Below, one piece after another: positions 10,374 through 23,167 of a stretch of 64,000 nucleotides of DNA. The position numbers were made by a program, and so were the translations under genes. The DNA is from Azolla caroliniana. Lineage: Eukaryota > Plantae > Polypodiophyta. Position 1 is the stretch's first letter. Each line of letters opens with the position of its first letter. Location: NCBI GenBank assembly GCA_043228905.1, contig JBHGNT010000006.1, positions 3,968,001 through 4,032,000 of the forward strand, written 5' to 3'. The notes beneath the pieces were generated by a model, which saw only the letters and a list, made by a program, of their open reading frames with translations, ran no database searches and was not told the DNA's origin.

Positions 10374-13300
10374 CTGCATGATAAAACTTTTCAACTTCAG
10401 ACACCATCACTATATTCGCATAATGAGATACCGGTATGTGCAACAATGTCATCAATATCTATGACAATCAGAATGTCATAAATGTTGTGATGTAAAATAT
10501 TACAAATCCCCATATGCTATTTCTTACATATGAGGAATAATACAAAAATGTCATTTTGCAAGTACCTCCACAGAGGAACATTAAATCAAAAAGCACAATC
10601 GTCAGCTTTACTACTGAAGAAGAGAACATAATTGCTCTGTATAAAATTATAAATTACAATATCCATCTACAAACATCTATATGTGAAAAAGGAAGAGGAA
10701 TTGAATGAGGATACTATGAATAGGAAATTGTGCCAGAACCATTCCATACAAAAATATTTGCAAATAAAAACCATAAAAAATACCAAAATAATACATAGTA
10801 TCTTCCGCTTGTAGGTAGAGGAACACTGCATTTATCAGAAAGAATAAGGTTGCTTCTAAGATCATTTAAACAAACACATCCAATAAAGAACAATATCTAT
10901 ATTTGAATCACATACATTATGTTACCTTCATACGGATGCTTCAAATCCAAACTTTGGCAATAAAGGTCACTTGTCTAAATATTTAGAGATCACTCAAATA
11001 TAATTCTTCTCAGTGGCTGAAATGTGATCACCCCAGCAATTAGGATGTCCTTTAATTTAGTGCAAGTCCCATATTATGAGTATGATTGTCTTGTGTGAGC
11101 CTTATAGTCGACCCGATAGAAAATCTATGTAGATAAGAGAAGAAATTCTACTTATATTTGCGGCTATCAAGGTAACCCACTGGGATAGGTACCTGGCCAG
11201 AGCACGAGTTAGAAAATGTGCTCAAGAAATATCCCTGGGTTAATTTAATATCCATCACTGACATGTGTGCGCTTGGTACACAAGTGTCCGCCAAGACTTT
11301 AAATTGCATTTTAAAAGTCATTAAAAGACATTTTCAATATTGCGGCAAATGTAAAAGTAACATTTGTTCCAACTTCTCCTTCATGTTCTAGGTTATTTAT
11401 GATGCTTATGAGGACATTGGAACTTAGAACCTTCTGAAAGTAAATAATGTCAATATGAAATCAAAGGTTAGAACCTTGTCAAAAACCAAAGGAGATTAGA
11501 ACTTTCTGGGCACTGGATATAACATTATTATTATCATTCAAATTCCTGTGTCCATCACATTTCCTCCTAATAATATGTTTTACAAGGAGTTTCAAGATGA
11601 AAATCTCGAGTTTAGATGAAGCATTAACAAGCTTCCACATGTGCTTGCTAATCTCAAATACAATCCAATGGATCCGAATTCTTCCTGATCAGAAATCTTG
11701 GAGGAGTGCAAGTATATTAGAATGTATTTTTTGAATAAGTCCCTTCTTGAATTGAACCCTTCCTACACAAAAAATATTGATTTTCATGGCAACACAGTAA
11801 AAATGTGAATGGTCAAAAAACTTGGGGACCTGTTCACTAACAATATCGTGAGGAAGTTCCTGACACCTGAATTAATAGTAAAATAGACCTTCGTAGTTTT
11901 AATAATAGTTTTTGAATAATGGAATAATCTTTGCAAACCTCATCCTTTATTTATAAAAAGAAATGTGGAGTCTCTGAGATGTTTATCAATCACTGTATGT
12001 TTCCTGGACTGTTTAAGACTTAATTGTTTGAAAATTTTAAATTCCAGATCTGCTGAATGTGATGGCTATCAATCCTTTATATTTGAGTTGTTTTTTGACA
12101 TGTCCAATGGTAGGGACTAGCGTTTTCAAATCATACAAGCTGTATAGGGACAGAATAAATGTTAAAGACGATCACTTTGAACCTTAGACATGGAGCATGT
12201 TGGTATTAGGAGAACACCACAAATAAACTGTGGAGATTCATTGCAATATTAACCGTGTAGGCCTTCAACTATCATTTGTTACCTCAGAACTCAATCTTGT
12301 AGGCACAGTTGCAAGCAATGGATGTATCTTGCAACCCAAAAAAGCCTGGATGTCTTTTCCAGATGCTGTTAGTGAAGGTTTTTTTCCAAGTTTTGTATGT
12401 GTTTTGAATCTTTTTGATAATTTTGGTGGGGAACCAATACATATCTAAATGTGCCTTAAATTTTATCTTGTTTTGCTGCCCACAGCTCCTTTAGCATCCT
12501 TTACCCAATGTTTTTATCTGTTGTTTGTCTGAGGTTACCTATCAGTTTCATTTTCTTTTCTTGCTGTTTGTTTTCGATGAAGTCTCACTTGAAAAGTGAT
12601 GAAGAATTCACGTATAATGCCTACAGTCTCAGACATATATGGCTATTAATTATTATAGATACCTCATATTTTATATTTATGCATTCTGGATCCTGAACTC
12701 CTTGAATCTTCAGAAACATGCATGGTACTTCTATTTCAGTACCGGTACGCTTATATTATATACTAATTAATATCTGGTGTATTACGCTTTATGATTTATT
12801 GTATTTTTCTGGATATGATTCCTATTAAATGTTTTAATGTTAGTGTTTTAAGTTTTGTATTTTAAATTCCAGATTTTAAACTACCTGCCTATATAATGAA
12901 GTGCTGATTTCTTGGGGGCTGGAAACTCTATTTTTGCCATCACGTAACAGCTATCCTAACACCTATACATATTGTTTGCATTATAGCTTTCTTCTACCTC
13001 TTCCTGTGTAACTTTCTTATGTCTTATTAACCCTCTTTCCTAAGTACAATCATCTCTATGCATAACCATGGAGAACAGCAACGGAATAGAAACAGAGAAC
13101 ATCTCCTATTTTGTTTCTTTCTGAATTGCAATTTCTTTGGTCTATAGTTCATACTTAAAATGTCTTTAGTGCAAACTTTACTACAAAATTCAATCTATCT
13201 TCACCATTTCCTATTTTGGCTGATGAATATTGCAGTAAAAAACAATATTGGTTAGAAAAAATCTTTTCTTTTTTGCAATGCAACACAGTTTCCAAGCACG

Positions 13301-13462
13301 AGGTAATGCTAAATATATAGTGATGGCATTCCCACTTCTCCTGTCTGTCTCCATCCAAAGTGCATAAGGTATGTAAATGCAAAACCCACAAATGTGATGC
13401 ACAAAGTATATTATATCCTAATATTCACCCCAATATTAATAAGTTTGTATAATCCAATGCCA

Positions 13463-16400
13463 TGTTGGAGGGTGGCAACCCCAGACCTGCACTCTCCTTC
13501 ATCTTTATTATCTCTGTTCTAAATTCTCTCTTCCTAGATTCTTCTCTCTCTAGAATCTGCAACTCTTTAAATGCCTTCTCTGTCTAGAATCTGCAACGCT
13601 TTAAATGATTTTTCTCTCTTCCACTTTTTCCAAGATATTCCCTCTTATTCCTAGTTTATTGCACTTGTTTGGTAGTACATGAGTCACTTAACTACCAAAC
13701 AAAAATTTCACCCACTTTCTCCAATTTTGTATAAATAGGCTTTACCAGCCTCTTTTGTAAAGACTTTTACTTTTGCTACTACTTAATAACAAGCTCTATT
13801 CTTTGGCTGTCTCTACTCTTTGCAACCATTTTTTCTACTGCTGTATAACAGCCTTCTCACAGCTTGGTTGTGTCTATTTTGTTCTAACTGTTCCGCTGCT
13901 GCTATTAACAGCTTTTCTCACATGGTATCAGAGCAGTGAGTTCTCCATATCCTCAGCCTGATTTTTTTGCCAAAGAGCACACAAACCAATCTTCTTTTAT
14001 CCCTCCCTCCCAATCCTCTAGAGGAGGTTCTCTTAGCAGCCACCATCCCAACCTACAAAGGAGGTTCTTCTGTTTTCTTTTCCACTCATTTGAGCCTCAC
14101 CTAGCATCTAGGGAGAAGCAGAAAGACCCTGCACATCTACTTACAGCTGCTGTAAATTGTCCAGTTGTAGCTCAAGAGGAAGATATCCATGGCCTCACTT
14201 GCCACCATTGTTTCATCAACCATTCCCCAACTCCCCAAAGAATCCATCTTGGATAGGAACAATTACTTGGATTGGGAACTGCAGATAAAGACCTTGCTAC
14301 AGTACCATCGTCTATGGAATGTAGTCAATGGTAGTGAGAAGAAACCACCGGTAACTTCATCTTCTTCACCCAAATCAGTTGCTGGCTCATCTAAATCTGA
14401 GATTGAAGCTTGGCTCGATAAGGATTCTCGTGCTCATGCTTTCCTCATGTTTAATATTAAACCGAGCATCGCTCGTCAATTTCAAGACACAGATGAAGAG
14501 ACAGCCAATGAACTATGGGCAGCCATCAAAACCAGGTATCATAGAGCTAATCATGCTCAAATGATAGTTATTGAGAGCCAACTAGCAAATCTCAAGATTC
14601 ATGACACTCCAAACATCATGGATCAAATCACGTAACAGGAACTAATTTCCTTGTGAAGCAAGTCAACCGAAGTTGAGTTTGTGCATCGTCTAATGATAAA
14701 GTTCCCTGAGTCATTCTCAGCCTTTTGTGACACAATTTCTCTTCTTCCCAACACACCTGATATGAATACATTTCTTGGCCTGCTACAAGACAGGGCAACA
14801 AGGAAGAAAAGTGCTCAAACTTCCAATGACATGCTTCTACATGCGAAAAGTAAAGGCAAGTGGAAGCAAAATGGTAATTCCTACAACAAACCCAATCCAA
14901 GACCACCAAACAACCCAACCTACAAGGAGCTTACCTGTCATTATTGTGGCTACAAAGGTCACATTCAGCCCAACTGTCAGAAAAGGAAAGGAACAATGCC
15001 AAGAAATCTTCTTCAACCAAAAGTCAACCTACACCAAAATCAAACTCGGTCCACTCAGCCAAAGAAACGGTTTTCCTTGGCATTGAGGAACATTCTTCAC
15101 ATTTGTCTGGAACAACTACCTCAACCATTGATGAGTGGTTAGTAGACAGTGGTGCCACTACACACATGACTTATGACAAATCCATTTTGCATGATGTGAG
15201 GCCTAGCTCCTCCCAAATCTCCATAGAAGATGCCTCAAGCATTGAGGCTCCGTGTGTGAGTAATGTGTTTCTTAACACTTCTTCAAATGACGAACCTGCC
15301 ATTCTTCAAGATGTGCTACATGTGCCTCACATCTCTGCCAACCTACTTTCAGTATACCGAATCACTAAGCAAGCTTATGGAGTCTACTTTGATAGCTCAG
15401 TTTTGGAAGTCATTGACACCAACAACCTACAAATTGTAGCTAGTGGCACACAAGAAGGGGGTTTATATCGCCTAAAAAGCTCCCATAGCCCCTTGGAAAA
15501 ATCTAAATCTCATCTTCTCCATCTTCTTCAAGGTTCTCATGCCTTGGTGGCACAAGAAGATCACACGTTGTGGCCTGCTAGGTTTGGTCACCTCAACTAC
15601 GATTCTCTACAAAAGCTCTCCTCTTCACAGCTAGTTGAGGGTCTTCCTATTTTCAAAACTCCCAATACCCCATGTGTTGCTTGTCTTCATCGCAAGCAAC
15701 ATCGAGAGCCTTTCCCTCATGAATCCACTCACCATGCAACATCTATCTTGGAGTTAGTGCACATGGATCTTTGTGGTCCCATGAAACCCACTACTCTTTG
15801 TGGTGCACGCTACTTTATGCTCATCATTGATGATTTCTCCCGCAAGGTTTGGGTTTATTTTCTTGTACAAAAATCTGAAGCCTTCACAAAATTTCAAGAA
15901 TGGGTAGCTCTTGTGGAGAATAATACATCAAAGCAATTTTGAAAGATCAGGTCGGACAATGGTGGAGAGTTTATCTCCGAAGCTTTCCACCATTTCTGTT
16001 CTCAACGAGGCATTGCTCGCCAATTCTACACCCAATAATCCTCAACAAAATGGAGTTGTGGAAAGGAAGAACCGGATAGTCCAAGAGATGGCTCGTACAA
16101 TGTTATCTCAATCTGATCTTCCTCTCTCGTTTTGGGGTGAAGCTGTCAACACAGCAGTCTACATCATCAACTGCTGCGCAACAAAAGCAATTGTTGCAAT
16201 GACCCCTACAGAAGCATTTACAGGTGTAAATCCCTCAGTAACTCATTTTAAAGTATTTGGTTGTGATGCTTATGTTCACATTTCAGATCATAAAAGGACT
16301 AAATTTGAGTCCAAAACCAAGAAATGCAAATTTCTTGGTTACAACACACAATCTAAAGCCTACAGGTTACGGGATTTAGAATCAAAGTCCCTAGTCATCT

Positions 16401-18320
16401 CTAGGGATGTTCATTTTGTGGATTCTCAGCCGGATGACTCTAGGATTTTACCTAAGTTCACGGTTGAAATCCTAGCTCCTCCGGAATCTCCTATTTTAAA
16501 CGAACATGTCTCACCTTCAAGCCCCCCATCTCCTCCTACTCAATCTCTAACTTCGCCAACAATTCAAACCACTCCACTTGTTTCCCCTCCCTCTACAAAC
16601 CAGCTTCCACCACTTCCCAAGTGGTTTCAAGCCACCATTCGTGATTCTCATCTCTCCGATGTTGAACTTCATGAGTATACATCTGGTTCTCCAACCAACA
16701 AGAAAAGAACATGTAAGTCACAACGGCCTCTTCACTCATGCAACTTTGCCTTACTGTGCACTGTTGTGCAATCACAAGAACCCACAACAACAAAAGAGGC
16801 CCTTGTTCTTCCAAAGTGGAAACCAACAATGGAAGTTGAACTTGATTCCATTGAGCGAAATCATAAATGGGAGCTGGTTCCACGGCCTCAACATCGACAA
16901 GTCATTGGACTGAAATGGATTTTCAAGTCCAAGTACCATGTTGATGGTACTTTGGATAAGCACAAGGCACGTTTAGTTGCACACGGCTACTCACAAGTCA
17001 ACGGAGTGTATTACGAGGAAAATTTTGCTCCAACAACAAGGTACACCTCTATTCCATGTGCGCTTGCACTTGCTACTCATAACAAATGGCCCATTTTTCA
17101 AATGGATGTCATGGTATCTCAGGCAGCTCCTTGAGACCTATAGCATGTCAAATTGCAGGCCACTCTCCTGTCCAATGGATCCAAACTCAAAGCTATCTCG
17201 TGAAGACAATTCTCCCATATTTGAAGATATCACGAAATATAGAAGGTTAATTGGGTCCCTTCTTCACTTAACTTACACCAGGCCTGATTTGTCCTATAGC
17301 GTGAGTATTCTCAGCCAATTCTCAAATGCTCCAAGACAAAGTCATTGGCAAGCAACCATTCGAGTTCTTCAGTATTTGGCCAACACACTCGACTATGGTC
17401 TGTCTTTTAGAGGCAGCATTGAGCTTGTTTGCTACTCAAATGCTAATTGGGCTGGTGATATTGATTCTAGAAGGTCCACCTTTGGCTATTGTTTTATGTT
17501 AGGTTTAGGCTTGATTTCTTGGAAATCGAAGAAGCAAAACTCAGTTTTTACTTCATCGACAGAAGCTGAATATCGCGCCTCCTTGGATACTTGTTGTGAG
17601 TTGCTATGGTAATGCAATTGTTTTCTCACATTGGAAGTGACTCTTCTATTGCAGTTTTCACCGACACATAGCTCAGCATTTCATGGTAGAACAAAACATA
17701 TCGAAGTGCACTACCATTTTGTTCGTGAATTAGTGAAATCACAAGTCATCAACTTGGCATATTGCCCTACTCAAGAAAATGTGGCTAATTTATTTACTAA
17801 GCCACTTCCAAGGAAAGCCATTGATCAGCTCCTCGGTCAACTCAATGTTGGACCGCCATTCTAGAGCTGAGAGGAGGTGTTGGAGGGTGGCAACTCCAGA
17901 CCTGCACTCTCTTTCATCTTTATTATCTCTGTTCTAAATTCTCTCTCTTCCTAGATTCTTCTCTCTAGAATCTGCAACTCTTTAAATGCCTTCTTTGTCT
18001 AGAATCTGCAACGCTTTAAATGCTTTTTCTCTCTTCCACTTTTTCCAAGATATTCCCTCTTAGTCCTAGTTTATTGCACTTGTTTGGTAGTACAAGCGTC
18101 ACTTCACTACCAAACAACAATTTCACCCACTTTCCCCAATTTTGTATAAATCGGCTTTACCAGCCTCTTTTGTAAAGACATTTACTTTTGCTGCTACTTA
18201 ATAACAAGCTCTACTCTTTGCAACCATTTTTTCTACTGCTGTATAACAGCCTTCTCACAGCTTGGCTGTGTCTATTTTGTTCTAACTGTTCCGTTGTTGC
18301 TATTAACAGCTTTTCTCACA
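13463..18320 (+). mobile_element. Ty1/Copia LTR retrotransposon, both LTRs present, coding region decayed, antisense inside DRB intron 2
   Basis: TG...CA LTRs at 13463-13922 and 17878-18320; PBS TGGTATCAGAGC (tRNA-iMet) 13923-13934; PPT GAGAGGAGG 17869-17877; TSD TGCCA/TGGCA (1 mismatch); order gag (CHYCGYKGHIQPNC), PR (WLVDSGAT), INT (ELVHMDLCGP, PQQNGVVERKNR), RT, RH (SSTEAEY, RTKHIEV). Confidence 0.96.
14189..17864 (+). pseudogene. Copia gag-pol, frameshifted, with RT core deleted
   Basis: Broken across ORFs 14189-14635, 14681-15142, 14944-15942, 15911-17134, 16977-17612 and 17631-17864; QMDV at ~17100 joins directly to the post-YVDD region. Confidence 0.9.
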
Positions 18321-18527
18321 TGGCAGAGATATATGTATTGGAATTTCAAAATTGTTAAACTTGTGAAATTCAAACATAAATACAGATATTAAGAACACAC
18401 ATTAAACAGATATCAGTATTTATGTTGTGTTGTGTTTCTTAAGAGAATTCGATTTAGTACATTCTAAGAAGATAGAAAGAAGACTGTGATTTTATTTCGC
18501 ACAGCAAGAAAAGTTTGTTTTACTCAC

Positions 18528-18747
18528 GTTGCTTCAAAGAGGCCCAAGCTACCATGGCAGCATTCTTCTCAGCCTGTTTCTTGCTTTTTGCAGGCTCCCC
18601 AGCAAAGCTCATCCCTGCCAGCTCCACCGTGGACACAAAGGCAGGCATATGCCCTGGACCATACCTCTCAACAGAGTAGACAGGCAGCTTAATCCCTGCC
18701 TTTTGGGCTGTTTCTTGCAGTATGTTCTTGCAAACACCTGTCTCATC
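18528..18747 (-). CDS. DRB2: DRB2-like coding exon 2 (dsRBD2); not in the ORF track
   Basis: TAG|GAT acceptor; translates DETGVCKNILQETAQKAGIKLPVYSVERYGPGHMPAFVSTVELAGMSFAGEPAKSKKQAEKNAAMVAWASLKQ; phase-1 donor C|GTGAGT at 18527. Confidence 0.92.
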
Positions 18748-18835
18748 CTAATAGAAGATCAAATAAATTTATTATTAAGAAAAGAAAATATAGAAAAGAT
18801 GATGTGATGTATGTACAGGTGGGCATATATCATAC

Positions 18836-19084
18836 CAGAATTTGTGTGGTGAGGGATTGGTTGGGACCTTCGGTGTTGGACAAGACATTGATGGCAACCT
18901 CAGCAGCTGCATGTTCTGCTTGCCTTAGGCTGCTGTAGAAATGTGGGCTCTCGAAAGATTCACCATTGAAGGATACAGTGGCCCGGAAGCGAGGGCCGTG
19001 GTCAGGACCCTGGCGCACGCACGAATATGAGGGCAAGTTCAGCCCCCTCCGTTGAGCTAGCTCTTGCAGCTTGTTCTTGTGCAT
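18836..19084 (-). CDS. DRB2: dsRNA-binding protein DRB2/3/5 clade, coding exon 1 (dsRBD1)
   Basis: MHKNKLQELAQRRGLNLPSYSCVRQGPDHGPRFRATVSFNGESFESP...LRQAEHAAAEVA closely matches plant DRB2; phase-0 donor CTG|GTATG at 18835. Confidence 0.92.
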
Positions 19085-19124
19085 CTTTCTCGTCTAAATC
19101 TGTTCTCTTCTCTTTGGAGAGGTA

Positions 19125-19292
19125 CTACGGAGAGAAAAACAAAAAACGAAAGATCTATATAAACAAATGCATATATGTATGTGCATCCACCCTGACCATA
19201 AGCCAGCAGGTGACTAAGTGGCATGAACATTTTCTTGTCAGGAAAGAGAAAGAGAGGGTAGAGAGATTTGATTCTTCACGCAATTCGCTTAC
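19125..19292 (-). other. Putative 5'-UTR intron of the DRB gene
   Basis: Minus-strand donor TAG|GTAAGC at 19292; acceptor TTTTTGTTTTTCTCTCCGTAG ending at 19125. Confidence 0.6.
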
Positions 19293-19534
19293 CTATGTGC
19301 ATTAGATGGCAGCAGCAGTGATGGCGGCAGGCGCGCCACACTTGTAGGCAGGGGAAGTAAAAGGGGGGAACAAAGATGGGAAGGGGGAAGGGGGGACCCG
19401 GGAGATGCGAATCCTGCAGACAAGGGTTTATTATTCCAAGTACGATTGATTACTCGATGCGTGGAAGAGATGGAGGAGGGGGTTGTGCAGAGAGCAGCAG
19501 CTGAGAGACGGGAGCTCCCTCAGTTTCTGTGTTT

Positions 19535-19690
19535 TCTGTCTCTGTCTCTGTCTCTGTCTCTGTCTCTGTCTCTGAGTGTGTGTGTGTGTGTGTGTGATAT
19601 GGAGAGAACTAAAAAGAAGAAGGAAGAAGATATATCCTTGTGCTTATATTATGTGTGTATTCATTCATTTCATTCATTCATTCATTCATG
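19535..19690. repeat. Microsatellites (TCTCTG)n, (TG)n and (TCAT)n upstream of the DRB gene
   Basis: Directly visible. Confidence 0.9.
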
Positions 19691-22600
19691 TGGTTACATC
19701 TTCCATAACTCGGGATCGTATCATCGTTGGTATTGCTAATTAGTGTATGAATTACACGGGCTCGTCAACACCACCGCCTGCTAGAGAAAAGGAGAAGGAT
19801 TTTGGGGGGGGAGGGGGGATGGGTGCTCCCAAAACACACATTGTCAATCCCCCAATGCTCCCCTTCGACCTATGATAGCCTTTTCGACACACGTCTTGCC
19901 TCCCATATTCGTTGTCATGACCATGTTTTGCAGCCATTCATCTTGGAATGATGGTCCAACAACTCTCTCCCTAGGGTGTACGTATTCTTCTCCCAAGAAA
20001 AGCCCCCTTTTCTCCGTTTGCCAAAATGAAGAGGTCCTTCATTGCTTTTGAACTGGAAATTTCTTCTTCCATGCTCTTTTCCCATTTCCAAATCAAGAGC
20101 TTTCTTCTTCCATATGTTGTTCAGCAATTTCCAAAATGAAGAGATTGTTGCTTTAAAGTGGAAAGGAAAGTGGGTTGTGTTTTCTTCACGTATGATTCAT
20201 CGAGATTGTTGCTCTGAAGCGATAGTAGAATAAGAGGAACATGTGTCTAATTATAGAACAAGAGAAGACACCAAATCCTCCACTGGTTAACCTAAAAGCC
20301 AATGGAAATAATCTGTGGTAGGGTCAATGACGTCACAATATTTGGTCACAAAGTGGTCACTCCAAAATTGTTGAGGATGCTTCATAGAATAGAAGCAAGA
20401 GATAGGAATATTGTTCCAACACAGTCTCAGATAGCACCTGATTACTTGGTGGTGGGAAATCATATGCTTTATACTTGGGTCATAATCGTACTTTTGGAAT
20501 ATGATGATTGATATTTAGCCATCACGTGGGACTCAAAACATAACCAAACAATGTCATTGTTAATAACAATCTAATGACACCTTATAAGAAACAAGAATCT
20601 CACTAATGAAGTGCATGTCGTGAATAAAAGATCAATCCCGCATAAATGCTAGTGCTTGTTCTCACATATTGTTTATAGTGATCAAACCCGATTTCTTCAA
20701 CATTATCCAACTGCCTCAAGATAAGTCATTTCATCTATCTCATGGATGTTATGAATTTCTCCTTTGCTAAATGCTTCTTAATGCCATCAAATCAAAAACA
20801 TAAAGTACACCTAAAAGCAAGTTTGAATATCCATAACACAAACAAAGGACATCGGTCAACATGTAACAAAATAGGCCTCTCTTATGCCATTAGTTATAAA
20901 ATAATATATGTATGCTAGAAAAAATTTGGTTAATGTCTTATAGATTCAATTTGGCTTATTTTCTCCCCAAACCATTTTTTGATAATAGGAGTCAGCAAAA
21001 AAGAAGAATTGAAATGTTTTTAGGCCACAAGCATAAATTGTGACCATAACCTTTTTAAAGCCCTATAAAGGTTTAGTATAGCTTGTGAAGTGGAGAAGGG
21101 TTGAGGAGATAGGAGAAGATGCCACACTCTTACATCACAATCATGCAACATCAATTGCACTAGTTTCAACACACCACTTGATAATTTCATATTCATCAAG
21201 AGTCGTGCTCTCCCTAATTTCTCCATGCAATCTTGAATTTGGAATAATTCCAATAGTCACTAGATGGATGAGCAACAAATTGGTACAACTTACAAGCAAT
21301 TCCGTCCAAGCCATTTTTCAACAATATGTGGTTTTGAAACATAAGTTCTTGAGAAATTGATTCACATTGTTCTTGAATGCATAACTATATTTGCAATAGA
21401 TTTCTCAATGGTCACTTTTGAAGATATTATCAATTAGCAAGAGAAACAAATTGTTCACCAATTCCCCTAAATGCCATCAATTATGTGTGAGCAACTATAC
21501 TAATACACATGTACAATGCATTAGCATGCCATACACTTGGAGATTGCTTTACTTAGGGGCTCCAACCAAGTTGAGACCCCAAACTCTTGCTTTGTTACAA
21601 GTCAATGCAGAATTAGTGCATACATCTACCATGACGTCTTTCCCAAAATCAATTTTTAGATGATTAAAAATAGAAACTTAATTGCTAACGATAGTGTCAC
21701 AACTTCCAAGTTGTGTTGATCATTTATGTTTGTGTCACATTTCATAGTGTCTTCGTTTATTTTGTGCTTTTGCAAAAGTTTAGATAGCATAGTACTTTCC
21801 ATGTGATGATGGGCGTTTTCATCTCTTTACTTCATTACCTCATGTAAGCTGATTATGAGCCCTTTTTGGATTTAAATCTAAATGCAAACTTCCATACAAT
21901 TGAGTTGTAAAGCAGCATAGTGTCGAGGGCTCAACTTTCCCCACTTCTCTTTTAAATTTCTTAGCATCCGATTAACTTCTCTTTCCTCTTCAATTGTCTT
22001 GTCATGTTTGAACTTAATGCTTGATCTACTCTTCAGTTTTTTTGACCCCTTTCCACTTTGACAATGCTTGGAACAAGTCATTTGTCATCCACCTAACATG
22101 GCTTGGTATCCTTAACCTACCCTTAATTTAGCCATGACTAAAACATGAGAAGAAGGCCAAGGTAGTTTACATACAATTCACAATAAATAAATAAGCCAAA
22201 TTCCATATGGTGTAGTGGGATGAGCCTATCGATGAATACACTATGAAAGACGCAAGAAAGAGATCATGATGGTATGAGTTCACATGAACGTTATTGGGTA
22301 TCAAAAGGAGTAGTCATTTCAACAGCATCTACCTATCCTAAAGAAAAAGGGGGGTTGGAAACAACCAAACACGATAAAAGAGTGAACAAAGAGTAGCTTA
22401 ATCATAGAAGTGAGCTAAAACAAACTTCATTATGATCTGATTGAAAAAATCACTCCTTATCAAATTTGTACATACAAGGCGTTGGGATCACTATTAAGCC
22501 AGAACAGCTTGGACAAGAAAAAGAAAGCCTGATGAGGAAACGAATATTTGAAAAGAATCAGGTATGCATATTTACATAACAATAAGCCCTTTTGAAAAAT

Positions 22601-23167
22601 TCAATCATCATATATGATCAGTTTATATGTCTTATTTTGAATCCATAATGATGTATAAGGAAATAAGGAAGGTGTGTAACAGAAATCATCATATAAATTC
22701 CAAGCCCTTCCAAGCTTGGAAGATGGGCATGGTTTCTTTTAATGCTAAAAAGTAAAAAAAAAAAAATTAAAAAAATAATACATGAGGAAACATGCCCAAG
22801 CTTAGTGTAGCTTTGGAGGAAGAAATGAGGGGTTTTTTGATTGATTGGGGGAGAAGAGGGGGGGCTCTTCTCCTGTTTGATTTCATCTGAGTAAAATAAA
22901 AACAATTAAAGAAAATGTGTAATTAATTGGTGTGTAATAATCATAATTTCTTCTTGTGTGTAGTAGCAGTAGTAGTTATTGTTGATGAATGAATGTATGT
23001 TTTTTTTGCTTTCCCCATTTCCCATCTCACTCCTATGGAGGAGGAGCCAGGAGGGATTTGTTTTCATTTTTCAATCCACGCGGAACTTGAACCTGCACTG
23101 AACTGTTAAAGCCGTTAAGCCGCGGTTTTGCGGTTCGGTTTGGTTCAAACCGAACTGTCGGTGACTG

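Noticed and set aside
10374-10455. N-terminal extension of the 290-aa ORF as an independent gene start
   Set aside because: It has a non-ATG start and lies in intron sequence; the acceptor at 10374 joins in phase to DRB exon 2.
19750-22140. Possible decayed SWIM/MULE-like coding remnant
   Set aside because: It looks formerly coding on the minus strand, but I could not recover any intact motif, so no call is supportable.
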